Shown here in pieces: positions 27,541-41,350 of a stretch of DNA of 64,000 nt. Made by a program: the position numbers and the translations under genes. Within the stretch, counting starts at the first letter, position 1. The number at the start of each line of letters is the position of its first letter. The notes under the pieces were generated by a model. The model saw only the letters and a program-made list of their open reading frames with translations. It made no database searches and was not told the DNA's origin. The stretch is from Octopus vulgaris (lineage: Eukaryota): assembly GCA_951406725.2 (NCBI GenBank), contig OX597828.1, positions 56,792,001 through 56,856,000 of the forward strand. Direction: 5' to 3'.

Positions 27541-28740
27541 ATTGCACAGATATGCCTATACTAGTACACGCACAATAGTGCGTTAGTTTGTGTGTGTGTG
27601 TGTGCCGGCGCGTGTGTGCATAAAGCAGTCAAATGAACTAGTGTTGCACGATTCAACGAAGTAGGAATGTTTACCACTTGGTGTTCTTATTAATCTTTCC
27701 TTCCCAATTTTTTTTTCTGTAATGAGCATTTTAAATTTACTGGAATATTCGATTGAAAATGAAGATGTTGTTAAGCTGACATATCAAGAAGCAGTTCTCT
27801 ATTTACAGCTATTTATGGTGACATCTACAACGTAATTTCACTTCCTCGGTTATTTAAATACTCGAAATAAATTGTATTCTCCAGTAATTCATAAAAATTG
27901 AAAAGTAACAGTATATGGTGAAGTCTCGTTATCAGCTAACAATAATTAAAGTTAAAATCAGTTTAGATTCGAAATAATTGTAAGCAAACAACGGCTGCTC
28001 ATACTAGATACTTATCGTTAAATACTGAGAAGGTATAGTATTTCAAATAACTATCTCAAATAAACATTCACAATACGTTACATAAATATGTTAATTATAT
28101 GTTAGAATCAATTACCTGGAACATATAAAGCTCAAATTACTGCAAGTTGAATGTTTTCGTTGGTTTTCTATATTGCCTGCATTGATTGACAGAACAGAAT
28201 TATCTGGATCAAATGTTAAAGAAGAAGCTGTCTACACAAGCGAAGCTTCTCAATTCCAAGCAATGACTAAGTAAAACAATTATTACTTACAGAGAAACGT
28301 ACATCTTCTGCGGTTTATATGGAATTCTAATGCAATGTGAGAGATTGACAGAATATAAAAAAGCAGTAGAATCGCGTTTTATTCAATACAATACGTATGT
28401 CTGAACCAATCTAATACGTATAAAGAATATGAACATGACAGGAATAAAGAATAAGCTAAGCTGCTGCGTAAAAGAGGTACACGTGACTATATGGTTAAAA
28501 CTTGTCTTTGAAATTAATATGCATTCATATTCGATACTAATCATGTAAACACATACGCACAAACACACACACACAAACAAAAAACGCACAAACACGCACA
28601 CATAAACGTGCGCGCACACAGTACACACGCACATACACAGAGAGTAAGATAAAGATAGAGATAGAGAATGAGAGAGAGAAATAAAGAAAGAAAGAAAGAA
28701 AGAGAGAAACAGAAAACTGACAAATGAAGGCTCCTATAAA

Positions 28741-30013
28741 TATTGGCTCATCCAATAAGTAATGCGGTTTTTTATACTTAATTAATTTTATACTAATTAA
28801 GATCAGCAAAGTTTTTTGTTAATCTAAAATATACTCTTCTTCATTTTCTACAATGCTCTTCCGTCTATTTGGTACACTTGCAAGGTCCTTCTTCCAAAAT
28901 TCACTTGTCCCTGACGAAAAATATTCCTCCAGTACTATTCTGAACTCATCTACAGAGTTCTTATTTTTTCCGTTCAAATCATTTTGAAGACTGCGGAATA
29001 AATGATAAGATGGAGCAATGTCCGGCGAATATGATGGGTGGAACATCATTTATCATTCAAACTGCTCTAACCTTTGGAGTGTCAACCTCGCTGTATGTGA
29101 CCGGACATTATCCTGATGTAAGAACACCTTTTATCTTGAAACTAAATACAGCCGTTTTTCTTCTAGCGCTGACTGAAACCACTGAAGCTGTTTGGCAGTA
29201 GAACGCCTTTGTTATCGTTTTGTTTGCGCTTAAGAGTTCAAAGTGGACTAAACGTTTCATATCCAACCAAACATATAGCAACACCTTACGTAGTTGAATA
29301 CTTTCTTTAGCCTTGGGCGCCGGTGTTTCTCCTTTCCCTACACACTATCTTCGGCGCTTAATATGTTTATAGAGAACCCATTTCTCGTCACCAGTCAGTA
29401 CCAAAGAGGTGCATCCGTGAGATGCGACAGCAAAGAAGAGCACACATTCACTTTCTGCGCACGGTTACACTCCGAAAATTTGTGAGGAACCCATTGACCC
29501 AATTTGCTTACTATTCCGATGGTACGCAGGTGTCGATGAATGGTTGAACGACCACATCTTAGCTTATCTGCAAATTACGATGGGATTTTGTTCCACCAGA
29601 GTTTGCAGGACTTCTTCGTCGAGATCTACAGATCTTCTAGTTTGAGGCTCGTCTTCTAAGCTGTCGTTTCAGGCTCGAAATTTCTGGAACCACTATTGGC
29701 ACTGGCTTATGCTGATTGCCCCAATCACCGTATACTGCATTAATGTTCCTTGCACTTACCATTGCGCTGTTGACTTTATTTAACTCAACGCAAAATATGC
29801 CGAATATACTTCTTTGTCACTTCCATTATAACTTTGAAAATATAACTGTTAAAATCGAACTGCACCTTTTAAAACTTGCACTAAGAATAAGGATAATGGA
29901 AAATTACTACCAGCTTTTATAGCAAGTTGATGCAAGTAGTTTATCGCGTCCCCCTCCCCGACTGTTCGTTCATACAATTAACAGAACTGCATTATTTATG
30001 GGACGACACAGTA
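28741..30013 (-). mobile_element. Full-length inactive mariner (about 1.27 kb)
   Basis: TIRs TATTGGCTCATCCAATAAGTAATGCGGTT and AACTGCATTATTTATGGGACGACACAGTA; WVPH-like and HPSYSPDIAPSYHLF motifs; frameshifts. Confidence 0.95.
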
Positions 30014-31252
30014 TATGCTCATACTAGAACCCATAAATACATTTTTCCTCTGCGGTATGTATTTTACCGCATATATACAAAATCTGTGAAAGTGTTCTGT
30101 CATAGATTTTGTGTTCATCATCCCCTACTTTTAAACGTTTGTTATTGGTGATGGAATGAGATACAAATTAATTGAAGGAAAGAATATTCTTGAAATCATT
30201 CTTTAGGATTCCCATAATTTTCTTGTCGTTTATTTTCCCTTCAATAAGCTATCAATCATTGCAGTTTTTGTTTTGAATTTGTTGGTTTCCTTTAAAAGGG
30301 TTTTGATTCAACCAAGGATATTTATTTGTGTAAGCAGTAAAATATCTTTTCACGCGTTTGATAATTATTTCTAAATGACTTAATGTAAATTATTTAGGCT
30401 TTCACTGCGAATATTTGCGTACGATAGTGTGACAACTGTATATTTTATGGCTTTTTACTGTCTGATATTTGTGTCAGTTTTCATTAACTTTCTGATAATC
30501 AGATTTGCATTTTCTGTAATTTTGTTTTATCTTTGAAATTTTTCGCTGGTGATAAAGAATACCCAATGATTTAATTACTTAACTCTTTCCACTTTTAGAA
30601 AATGTAATTAACACTTGTTTTCCACTATTTTCTATTGCACTTATTCTTTCCTGCACTTATACGTCAATTTTCTTTCGTATTACAGTTTTGTTGTTTATTC
30701 ACCGGTTTATTTTTGCGCTTGTTCCCGTTCCGTTTATTTTTTCTTTTGTAATCACTCGGAAATTGTTATATTCGTTTTCAATGTTCGGTTATTTTTCTTT
30801 CTTTTCAGTGTGAGGGGTATCTATCCATCTTCATTTAGCAATTTAATTGATATTCGACAGTTTGATTCGAGTCATAATGTTTTCCTCAAACATTTATTAA
30901 TTTTGGGTGTAGAACATCGATGTGAAACATTTATGTAGAATAGAACGACATTCTCCTCTTTCAACTTATAACTTTTATGTTCAATTGTCTGGTTCGGAAG
31001 TAAAAACTTTAAAATTCGTAACAACTACATTTTATAACTCATTACACATTTCTAATGGGGTTCAGTTTTGCAATTTCTGTTTGTCGTTCTTTTTATACAA
31101 AAGATTCAAAGAACTGACTCGTCCGAGGGGAATATTCACTTAAATTTACTCACATTCATTTAAATAAATTTGTATTATTGGTCACTTTTTGGAGAGTCTC
31201 TTCGAACTGGGATTTATATCAATTGTTCTCCGATGACATATTTCCATTTGGT

Positions 31253-31685
31253 TTGAGCTGCCAGAATCGTTTGCACAATAGATAAATTGCTTAGCGACAT
31301 TTTGTCCCTCTTTACTTTCTGAGTACATATTCCGCTGAGGCCGACTTTGCTTTCATTCTTTCAAGGTCGATAAAATAAGTACCAGTTGAATCCTGGGTCG
31401 ATGTAATTGAATTACACCCAACTCCCCCATCTCCCTAAATTCCTGGCCTTGTACCAAAATGTGAAAGCAATGTCTTCAAGGCGGTGGATTGGTAGAATCT
31501 TTAGGGCGTCGAGCAAAATCTTTAATGATGTTTCTTCCGATTCTTTATATTTTTAGATAAAATCAAACGAGGTTGACATTGCTTTTGGGGTTGATAGAAT
31601 AAGTACCACTTGAGAACTGGCTTCGATGTAATATGTTTCCCCTTCCCATAAAATTACTAGCCTTGTGACAAATTTAGAAAGCGTT
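31253..31685 (+). mobile_element. Two tandem SINE family B copies
   Basis: GAGCTGCCAGAATCGTT..GGTCGATAAAATAAGTACCAGTT repeated twice. Confidence 0.8.
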
Positions 31686-32029
31686 ATTAATAATATTGTT
31701 ATGAGTCAGGGTTTTGGAAAACACATAAAATTCCTGAAGTTCTTAGAAAAGTAATTAAGTATGTTTTACAAAAAAGTGCTTCGAAGATTTCAAATTTGAA
31801 AATAAGGATCGAATCGCAAAATAAAACATGTAGCGTGTTGTAAAGGGATGAACATTGATTTTCAATATTAAAAATTCATTACCAGGTTCTCCTTGCAGTG
31901 TTTACAAAGCCTCCTCAGGTTCATATTTTCCATATCTGTATAAATAATTTCCTAATGTCTTCGAGAAACAGTGTAATAATTAATAATCTGCCTATTGCAA
32001 AGGTAATGACATGCACTTTCCGTTATTTA

Positions 32030-32410
32030 TTCTTTTACTCTTTAACTTGTTTCAGTCATTTGGTTGTGGTCATGCTGGAGCACCGCCTTCTCTCAAACAA
32101 AACGATCCCAGACTTACATATTCTGTCTCTTTTGCCAAACTGCTAAGTTACGGGAGCATAAGCACACCAACATCGCTTGTCAAGACATGGTGGGGGACGA
32201 ATTCTGACACGCAAACACGCACACATACATATGCATATATATATACGACGGGATTCTTTCAGTTTCTATCTACCACATCGACTCACAAGGCCTTGGTCGG
32301 TTCGAGGCTATAGCTGAAGACACTTGCTCAAGTTTTCACGCAGTGGGACTGAACCCGGAACCATGTAGTCAGGAAGCAAGCTATTTACCACACAGCCATG
32401 CCTGCACCTA
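32030..32410 (-). mobile_element. SINE family A
   Basis: CAGTGGGACTGAACCC..TACCACACAGCCA head and CATGCTGGAGCACCGCC tail. Confidence 0.9.
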
Positions 32411-32624
32411 TTTTGTGAAAATATATTTAGTTCCATATCTAGATAGTTGGTCTTTCATATCTTTCTCTGTCACTTCTTCACAGTCTTTAAAGTAACTTCT
32501 TATGTAATTCATGCGTTATTATATTTTTTGTGAAGCTGACATAGGTTTAGTTCAGTACGGGATATCTTACCTGTAACGCAGCAAATGTACCGTTATATAC
32601 TTTCATTAATATTTACTTATATTT

Positions 32625-33302
32625 TCCAAACGACTTCGAAACCATCTGCTACTCTTCCGGACGGTCTCCTTGCTTAAGTTGGTGAATACTGCCATAATCT
32701 CTGCCTTCAGTTCATCTTTGGTAACACAAGCAGTTCTTTTGGTCCCTCGCTCAACTTTGTCCCACACATAATAATCAAGGTAGTGACAGTCTGGGGAGCT
32801 AGGTGGCCACATGTTAGGGGTGATGTGGTCGCAGAAATTGACTGAGAGCCATGACTGGGTTATCCTGCTTGTGTTCATGGTACAGAGTCTTCTTGCCAGA
32901 CACAGGATCTTCCAGCAGCCACCCTTTTTCGCCCAGGGCAGCACTAGTTCACCCAGGCACTTGCTGTTAGCCTACATGTTGAGTCTGAGGCCGTGTGAGA
33001 AGATGAATGGAAGCATAACGTCGTCATCACTAGTGATCACTCCGATGACTGGATGTTTGGTTTTATCACTCTCGGTACATGTTCTCATGTTGAACTGTCC
33101 TCGGATTGACACCTAGATACATTGGAATGTTCATATCGACGCTTACAGCATGTCGTTTCCAACTTTCTGGCAGAGTGAACTGCGTCAAGTTGCTATGTTG
33201 CTCATAGACGGTGCCTAACAGACCCTACTATACAAAAACAAAGGGCATGCTCACGATATTAAAAATTATAAAATGGTGATAATATACCTATCGCATCCTG
33301 TA
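32625..33302 (-). mobile_element. Tc1/mariner-superfamily (maT/DD37D-like) deleted element
   Basis: TQSWL..WPPSSPDCHYLDYYVW..DELKA motif; TA-CAGGATGCG terminus at 33302; the other end is missing. Confidence 0.82.
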
Positions 33303-34644
33303 TATCTATCTCCAGATTTGGATAGGACTGGATCAACAGAGATGATGTGGTCAAGCACCTCATTGTAATGGTTACCTATTCACCATTTGACGTTGGGGCG
33401 TGTTTTCGTTATTTTGTTTTTTATAATTGTTTGACGCCAGGCTTTGGAGCTGTACAGCAAATATCAATTTTAATTCTTCTCTTAGCTAAGAGGCTTTTAG
33501 TCTTTGTTGGTTCTCGCTTAAGCTCCCCTTAAGCTCTGTCAAACTTGAAGGTTATTGGCCATGGAATGATTGTGCTCTCCATTAATGTTTTTTATGCTTT
33601 CTAATTGTATCTTCATGTTTGATTTCGGTTTCTTTAGTATGTTTCCTCTGTGTTCTCATGTAGTTTCAGTGTAGTTTGTTTCTATTGTGTATTTTGTCGC
33701 CTCCTTGCGTGTAGAGAAATGCGTTTTCTTTTTCGTTTCTTTTGTTTGGTGTTGTTTGATTACATGTACTAATTGCCTGTTTTTGTTTCAAAGCATTCTC
33801 TTCTCAAACTACAAAGTTTGGTGAAGAAAATGTTCTCTCAGGCTAGAATCCTAATAATTCTTTCTAGGAATCCTGCGGAATACAGGACAGCATCTTTACG
33901 TTTGTCGACAATGCGGGTTTCAACTTCGAAATGACTTAGGTAAGTAGCTCTTTGGTATTATGCCAAGAACACTAATTTTTCTGTTCATCTTAAGCAATGT
34001 CTTCATCTCTCTAGTTAGGTTTAGTTGTTTCTCAATATTTTTCATTTTTTTTTTCGTATCGATTCTGTTATTATAGGGAATTGCGATGATGATGCTATTA
34101 CAATATTTATTTTATTTTAATCTTTTTGATCGGGTCTTTAGTATTATGCCTACATTTTATCGAGATGTCAAATAACATCTGCTGTAATTCTTATTCCCTA
34201 CTGCAGCCTTTTCAAACCACTTTCCTGTTTTCTCGAAGACACACGTCGCAATGTACTCTTCTTTATGTGCAACCATGCCTCTGTTTATATTTTCCCTGTG
34301 CTAGCTTACTGCATTCACGCAAAGAATGACTTATATTTTTGTTTCCTTTCATGCACATTATATATTTGAAATCCCACTTTGTTTTGTCGAGTTTGTCATT
34401 ACCAGATTCATCATAATGGCTTTTCCTGACTGGTTCTAATCAGCTCTTCGTTCTCTCATTTTTGGCAGTGTTATTTAGTTTCAACATCCTCAGCATGCTG
34501 TATAAAATTGTGATCAATTACTGTTATTTCCACCTGCTCCTTCTTCCTTTTGCTCATGAATTCTCTTTAAATCTGAAGACAAAATCACTGCTATATATCA
34601 TAGCAAATAGAAAAATAAAACTTGGTGAACATAATAATGAGGAG

Positions 34645-34802
34645 GATTTCAAATTTTGATACAAGACCACCAATTCCAGAGGAGGGGATAAATCGATTAT
34701 ATCGATCGCAGTGTTCAACCGATGGATCCCGAAAGGATGAAGGGAAAAGTCGACTCCGGCGGCATTAAAGATGGATGAAATGCCGCTAAGCATTTTGCCC
34801 AG
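34645..34802 (-). mobile_element. SINE family B, partial
   Basis: CCCGAAAGGATGAAGGGAAAAGTCGAC and AAATGCCGCTAAGCATTTTGCCC. Confidence 0.8.
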
Positions 34803-34804
34803 TG

Positions 34805-35003
<199 letters not shown>

Positions 35004-35004
35004 T

Positions 35005-35525
35005 GGATGCTCTGATGCAGTACCAGGCAGTGGCTCTCGTGGTTTATTATCTTAACTGATTGGAAGTGTTATCATGTCCATTGTTTTGTCCTGGTATAAA
35101 AGATGGGCTACAGCAAATATTATGCTCAATACCACAGATTTGCTTGTCAGTTGTTTGACCATAACCAGTTGAACATGTCCCTTGGTGGCTGATGATATGT
35201 GCATCTCTGATCACATGCAGAAGTAGTGGGAGAGCATCATAGCCATGTGGTAAAAGGAATTCTTAGAGGTTTGGATAATTCACCTTTGAAAACAGGGGTG
35301 GTTCATTCAACATCATTAAACAATCCTTATTCAGGGACCTTTTGAGCGTGATGGGCTACTGGTCATGTGGTGTTTATCTTGATATGAGATCACCATGTGG
35401 CGCATATATGGTTGTGACGCATGTGCCTGGTGTACACTTATCAGCCGGGTAGTCATGGTGGTTATATTGGGCTTCGTATATTTTATCCCAGTGCCATTTT
35501 GATGGCATGCACTGCTGTCTCACTC
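35005..35525 (+). mobile_element. Non-coding interspersed element ending in (AAT)n
   Basis: About 520 bp of higher-GC sequence with (TAA)n on both sides and no credible ORF; single copy in this window, so mobility is inferred. Confidence 0.55.
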
Positions 35526-35583
<58 letters not shown>

Positions 35584-35663
35584 TTAATAATAACAATAAT
35601 AACAACAACAACAGCAACAACAACAACAACAATAACAATAATAATAATAATAATAATAATAAT
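35526..35663. repeat. (AAT)n/(AAC)n microsatellite
   Basis: Directly visible. Confidence 0.96.
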
Positions 35664-38247
35664 ACTATATCCAATATGTAATGATAACATACCCCAGGTA
35701 CAAAATTCTTCATTATGACTTGGATATATCTGAAAAAGACAGTTGAAATTTTGTATACTGAGATAACGCAAACAGAATATTATGTAACTTTACTATCGTT
35801 ACACAATGGATACGACGTCAATTATACCGATATAGATGTTGAAATATTATAGAAATGTATTGAGCAGTCATGAATAACAATAATAACAACAACAGCAACA
35901 ACAGATTTTTTTTAGTGAACATTAAGAATCTTGTACACATTTTTATACAAACTCAGGAAAAATACCGACAAAATTAAACTCTAAATTCTAATCGATATTT
36001 CTGGCGGTCAGACACAAATATATCAATATAGGAGTAACTGATACACACCAAATAAATACACACCAAATATTTACAGACATAATTGCTACAACTCAGTCAT
36101 TAATCACCGTGATATAAAGTAGAAAATGAAGAATATGAACTAAAAAGAAGAAGAAATAAGCTGAGCAGAGAGAATTCGATGTGAAATTTTGGAGGAAACG
36201 ACGTAGATGAAATACATTTGGGGTTTTCAAGTTTGAATATTTTAATTGTAACTTCAAATACATCAGGGGTTGATAGGATTTCGAAATATCCATGGTCACA
36301 AGAAAACAAAAGCATCAGCTGTATTTATCGATGCCAGTGAATCATATAATTACGTCCTATGGAAAACTGTGAAATTTTATTAATGGAAAATCGATAATGT
36401 TTTTCCGTTGCATATTCAGAAACTTCTCTATAAATAAGTTTTGTGTTCTTACCACACATCAAAATTTGCATTTGATGTATTATCTTGAATTTCACGAAAA
36501 GTCTTTTAAAATAATTATACGAGATATATATTTTCATGATTTCCGGTGTCTAGCACTGTTTTCCTCACAAAAAATATCTGCATGATGAGCTAATCTTTAT
36601 CTAAAAGTAGACATAAACTCCTTCTATTTAAAATACAGAGAATGATGTTAATTACTGAAGCAGAAAACAAGTAGATTTTATCTACGTTCCTGATATAAAT
36701 GAGAAAAATAAGTATCCTCATCCAACATCTTGCAGCGGAACTCTACTTGGTTTCATCCTAATTCTGAATTGGATAATCATGTGCGAATTGTAATTCATGT
36801 CAAGTTCATTAGTCGTGTTTTCTCTTTCGTTATAGCAAAAAAGAAAATTTATCCTTAGAGCGAGATTTATGCTATTTAATCAATATTTCTAATATTGTGA
36901 AGGCTAGCAGGCAGTTCTTACGTTAATACATCTTTGTGATAGACAATGCCCCCCCCCCCATTAGTTGTCAATCATAGAGAGAACGAATGTGTTCCTCGTA
37001 TTAGCAAATTGAAGAGTGAATTTGTCACTCAAGTTGTTAAGTAACCTTATATTCTGAACTAAATAAAAATGTATGCTTGCGTAATCAGTGTCATTAATCA
37101 CTACTGAAGTGTCCTGTGTTTGCTAAAAATTACAAACTTTATGCTACAGGTCCTTCTCGATGTTATTATGCATGTGATTTTAACGTACGTATCTACAGGT
37201 TTGTACGAACTAATTCCCGCGGATTAGTATTATATTTGGAAAGAAAGTTTAGAATAATAAGGTGCAACTATATTGTCCTTTCTCAATACAAGATAAAAAA
37301 ACTACCTTTATTATAATCAATCATCGACGAAACGTAGAATGATCTCAAGGAATATCTTCAAAACCTCCCTTTATTCACTTAAATCACTCTCCAGGAAAGA
37401 TACGCAAATTACCCCGAAAACAAATGCCCTGAGGGTCTCGGAGTGAGAGCAATTTCTTAGGTTCTGATTAACTAAAATTGATATGTAAAATCCCAACCAA
37501 AATAGCAATAAAAATAGAATTTACTACTCTATATAAATATATCATTTATTTTTTATTTTACTATATTTTCCGTGAAAATGACTTTAACCATTGATGGCTG
37601 ACCGTTTTAATAATTATAATTATCCTTTCAGTTATAAGGAAAATACATTGGAATTTATGAATCATTGAAATTCTGAAGTAAGAAAAATCGAGATACTTAA
37701 AACGATTTGGTTGCGTGGCATAGTAAGTATCAATGGTTAGTTTGCAAAACCTGAATGCGCAAGTGTAGCAAAACAGTCGAAGAAAGCAATATCTGAAATA
37801 GTTAAGGCCGTATTATAACTTTGCAAGCGAGAGCTGTCATTATCTAGAAATTATGAATGATAAGATAATCATAACATAATTATAGAGAATATTTGCATTG
37901 CTTGGCTGAATTTCAGTTTATGAATGAAAGCGTTATGCTAATGAACGATTAATATATATATTAAGATTGTCAAGCACAATATAATGAAACATTATATCTG
38001 TATATGAAAGTAAGTAAACAATGTAATTCGAACATATGTTTAAATGTCTCTAGTTAGCTCTACTTCCAGAACTGTCATTTATCAACAGTTTTCATTTCAA
38101 AATATGTTACAGAACAATGAAATATGAAATGAAGACACACTCAAGGATATGTATGGCAAAATAGATTTATTTGATCTTCCTCTTCTTCACGTTATGAAGT
38201 GATTGATCAAGGAATAAAGCAGAAATTGAATGGCTTGAAAATAGGCA

Positions 38248-38465
38248 TACGAGGGAATACTGAAAGTTTCCTGGCTTTAATGGTGTCGCGAAATGCCTGG
38301 TCGGAGGCTCAACCATCCGTGTTCTTTTACAAGGCTTAGAAAAACTCAAAGGTTGTTGCAGAAAGTGTGTACATCTGAGAGGAGAATACGGTGAATGAAA
38401 TCATAATTAAATGAACCTCTTGTATTTTCTTTTACCCAAAGACAGGAACTCTTCATCCCCCATCC
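38248..38465. mobile_element. Mariner-type MITE (same family as 26244, inverted)
   Basis: TACGAGGG..GAAAGTTTCCTGGCTTT pairs with AAAGACAGGAACTCTTCATCCCC. Confidence 0.78.
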
Positions 38466-38669
38466 CCGCTCCTATATGCTCGTCAGTAGACACTAACCCT
38501 ACAACCAGTGGCCGTTGACAGCCTACTTTGAAAAGAAGCAATTGAACCTGTTCTAGTCGTTCGTTCTTTGGTTGATTGTGTTATGGTTTCGTTTTTAGAG
38601 TATTTACTTTTTGACAGAGCAACTCTCATTGACATGTATCGATGTTTCTTTCGTATTCACAATTATTAT

Positions 38670-39148
38670 TGTGTAAGCCAGAGACCGAGAAGAAACAGCA
38701 ATGTGCATATATATATAGAGAGAGAGAGATAGAGAGAGGGAGGGAGGGGGAGAGAGGGAGGAAGGGGCTGAGAGAGGCCCTGTATGAATATGGATGTATA
38801 TGTAATTAAAACATAAAATACAATATTTTGCTCACAAATTTGCAGTTTTTGTATAGAAATATTGCAATCTATATGTTTACATTTTCACGCACGTGTTGTT
38901 GCTGCGGCGTATCTGAGGGAAGTTTATCTTTTTTATATATATAATGTAAGCCATCACAGTTTCCTCACGTGGTCTACATAATAACATAGTTTCCTTTCAT
39001 TGTTCTTGTAGATTCTTAATTCCAAGTTCGTGACGGTTTCAGATTTGATCTAATCTTCCCGGCAGCTCGGTGTCACACGTCCATTGGAGCTTGCTCATTT
39101 ATTTACTATTGATGTGTAAGCGAGAGACCGAGAAGCGACAGCAATGTC

Positions 39149-39225
<77 letters not shown>

Positions 39226-39302
39226 ATGTATGAATGTATGTATATATGTGTATGTATGTATGTATGTATGTATGTATGTATGTATGTATGCATGTATGCA
39301 TG

Positions 39303-39333
<31 letters not shown>

Positions 39334-39538
39334 GTATGTAGGTATATATATATATATAGAGAGAGAGAGAGTGAGAGAGTGAGAGAGACAAAGAGACAGA
39401 GAGAGAGAGAGAGGTCTTGTATTAATATAGATATATGTGTAATTAAAATTTAAATATTAAATCCAATATTTTGCTCACAAATTTGCAGTTTTTGTATAGA
39501 AATACTGCAATCCATGTGTTTACATTTCCACGCACGTG
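38670..39538 (+). repeat. Local direct duplication (38670-38896 and 39112-39538)
   Basis: Shared GAGACCGAGAAG..ACAGCAATGT and CAATATTTTGCTCACAAATTTGCAGTTTTTGTATAGAAATA. Confidence 0.9.
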
Positions 39539-39540
39539 AA

Positions 39541-39584
39541 AATTATTATTATTATAATTATTACTATTATTATTATTATTATTA

Positions 39585-39648
<64 letters not shown>

Positions 39649-40950
39649 CATTATGTTTTTCCTTCTTTCTTCAAATTTTCTTCCGTTTCTCGCCGAGTAT
39701 TTTCCATACACCTAGGGCAGAGAAGGCATTGTATGCATTCCCAGATTATACGCGCAAATTCACAGATAAAATATGTATTTAAAAATTAATAAATAAATAA
39801 ATTCATGGATGGATGTTGTTTTCACAGCGATAGTGCTCTTCTCAGTACATGAGCCGTTCCAGTTAATAGGATTTTTTGCACTTCCTGTAGGGATGGTAAG
39901 CCTGGAATCATTTTCAAATATGTTTCAGTACCTTTTTTTATCATTCCTAGAGATCCTACAATCACTGGTACTGTAGTCGCCTTGAGATGCCACATTTTTT
40001 CAATTTCCATTAGCAGGTCTTTATATTTACTAATCTTGTCAAATTCTTTCACCGTTATATTGTGATCACAGGGAATACTCATGTCAATTAATAAACACAT
40101 CCTTTTGTCTGATCTTTTATAATGATATCCACTTTATTGGCTCTTATAGTCCTGTCGGTCTGCACGCGGAAGTCCCATAGAATCGACACATTTTCTCCCT
40201 CAGTCACAGCTTCAGAATGATGTTTATACCATTCGTCAGCGGTTTTGATTTTATAATGCCAACATATTGTCCAGTGTATATACTGGCCGACTCTGTCATG
40301 TCTTGCTTTATATTCTCCAGGTGCTAAGACTCTACACCCTGAGATTAGGTGGTCTATTGTTTCAATCTCATCGTTACAGAATCGGCATTTTGGGTCAGCT
40401 CCATTTTTCATCACATTGGCTTGGTAGTTCCGAGTTAATAAGCTTTGGTGTTGAGCAGCTAATATGAAACCTTCACTCTCTGCTTTTAGCCCTGAACTTC
40501 GTAACCATTGGTGCGTGTGTTCCTGGTCGACATCAGCATGTTTGCTACGGGTCACATACTTGCCATGGAAAGGTTTCTGTTCCCATCTGCTAGCTAAATT
40601 TTCATGTGCTTTTGTCTTTGCAATTAATTTTATTTTTTTTGCAGCTGCAGTTGGCGCATTTCCTTCAGCCTGCTCAATCTGGTGGGTACCTAAGAGATCA
40701 GCAGCGAATTTGTTGCTCTCTTTGAGAATAGAGTGAAGATTTTTAGGTCTTTCATGTTTATCAACAAGTTTTAGCATCCAATCGTTGGTTGCTTCAAGGT
40801 ATTTGGCCAGTCCGATTGTGGTGGTTTTGTATGTAAGTTCAAGCTGGATCAAACCTCGACGTCCCTGAGCTCTGGGAAGGTAAAGGCGATCCACGTCTGC
40901 CTTTGGATGGTGCATCTTATTACAAGTCAGTAGCTTGCGGATTTTTATTA
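39541..40950 (-). mobile_element. 5'-truncated Dong/R4-like LINE: CCHC finger, restriction-like endonuclease, 3' UTR, (TAA)n tail
   Basis: RLYLPRAQGRRGL, CRFC..ETIDHLISGC, RHD, ANKVDII (PD motif altered), ID..IP..K..KY..L; one frameshift near 40095. Confidence 0.94.
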
Positions 40951-40982
40951 TCATTGCGGTTATTATTATTATTATTATTATT

Positions 40983-41293
40983 CTATGTTCGACTTTTGCT
41001 TTATGTCTGTACAAGTTGGCTCCAAGTCTCACCCAGAGACCTCAAGAGACAACAGGTTGGAAGTTCACGTTGTTGTTATGCCTAGTGTGCCATATATATA
41101 TATTTTTTGGTGTTGTACTAGTGAATGTCTAATACATAAATTTTTTTTAAAAAGTTTGTTTTAAACCTTGGGATTACATAGAGAGTATTTTGCGTAGGAT
41201 ATGAGCAGTTCCCATGCGCACTATCTTTTGAATTTCTGCCATTTTGGGGTTTCCTGGTACTGAGTTAGGTAGCAATCAGCCCCTTTCGCCCCT
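40983..41293 (-). mobile_element. 3' end of a second Dong/R4-like subfamily
   Basis: PGNPKMAEIQKIVRMGTAHILRKILSM* parallels PGLPSLQEVQKILLTGTAHVLRRALSL*; different UTR; (TAA)n on both sides. Confidence 0.82.
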
Positions 41294-41313
41294 TATTATT
41301 ATTATTATTATTA

Positions 41314-41350
<37 letters not shown>

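Noticed and set aside
33400-34070. Possible Penelope 5' region on the minus strand
   Set aside because: Only compositional resemblance; no motif strong enough to call.
35185-35230. CTGATGA..GAAG as a hammerhead
   Set aside because: No GAAA, no cleavage triplet and no stem I.
40088-41032. 314-aa ORF as a functional gene
   Set aside because: It is a truncated LINE C-terminus opened by read-through of (TAA)n; no RT, altered PD motif and a frameshift.
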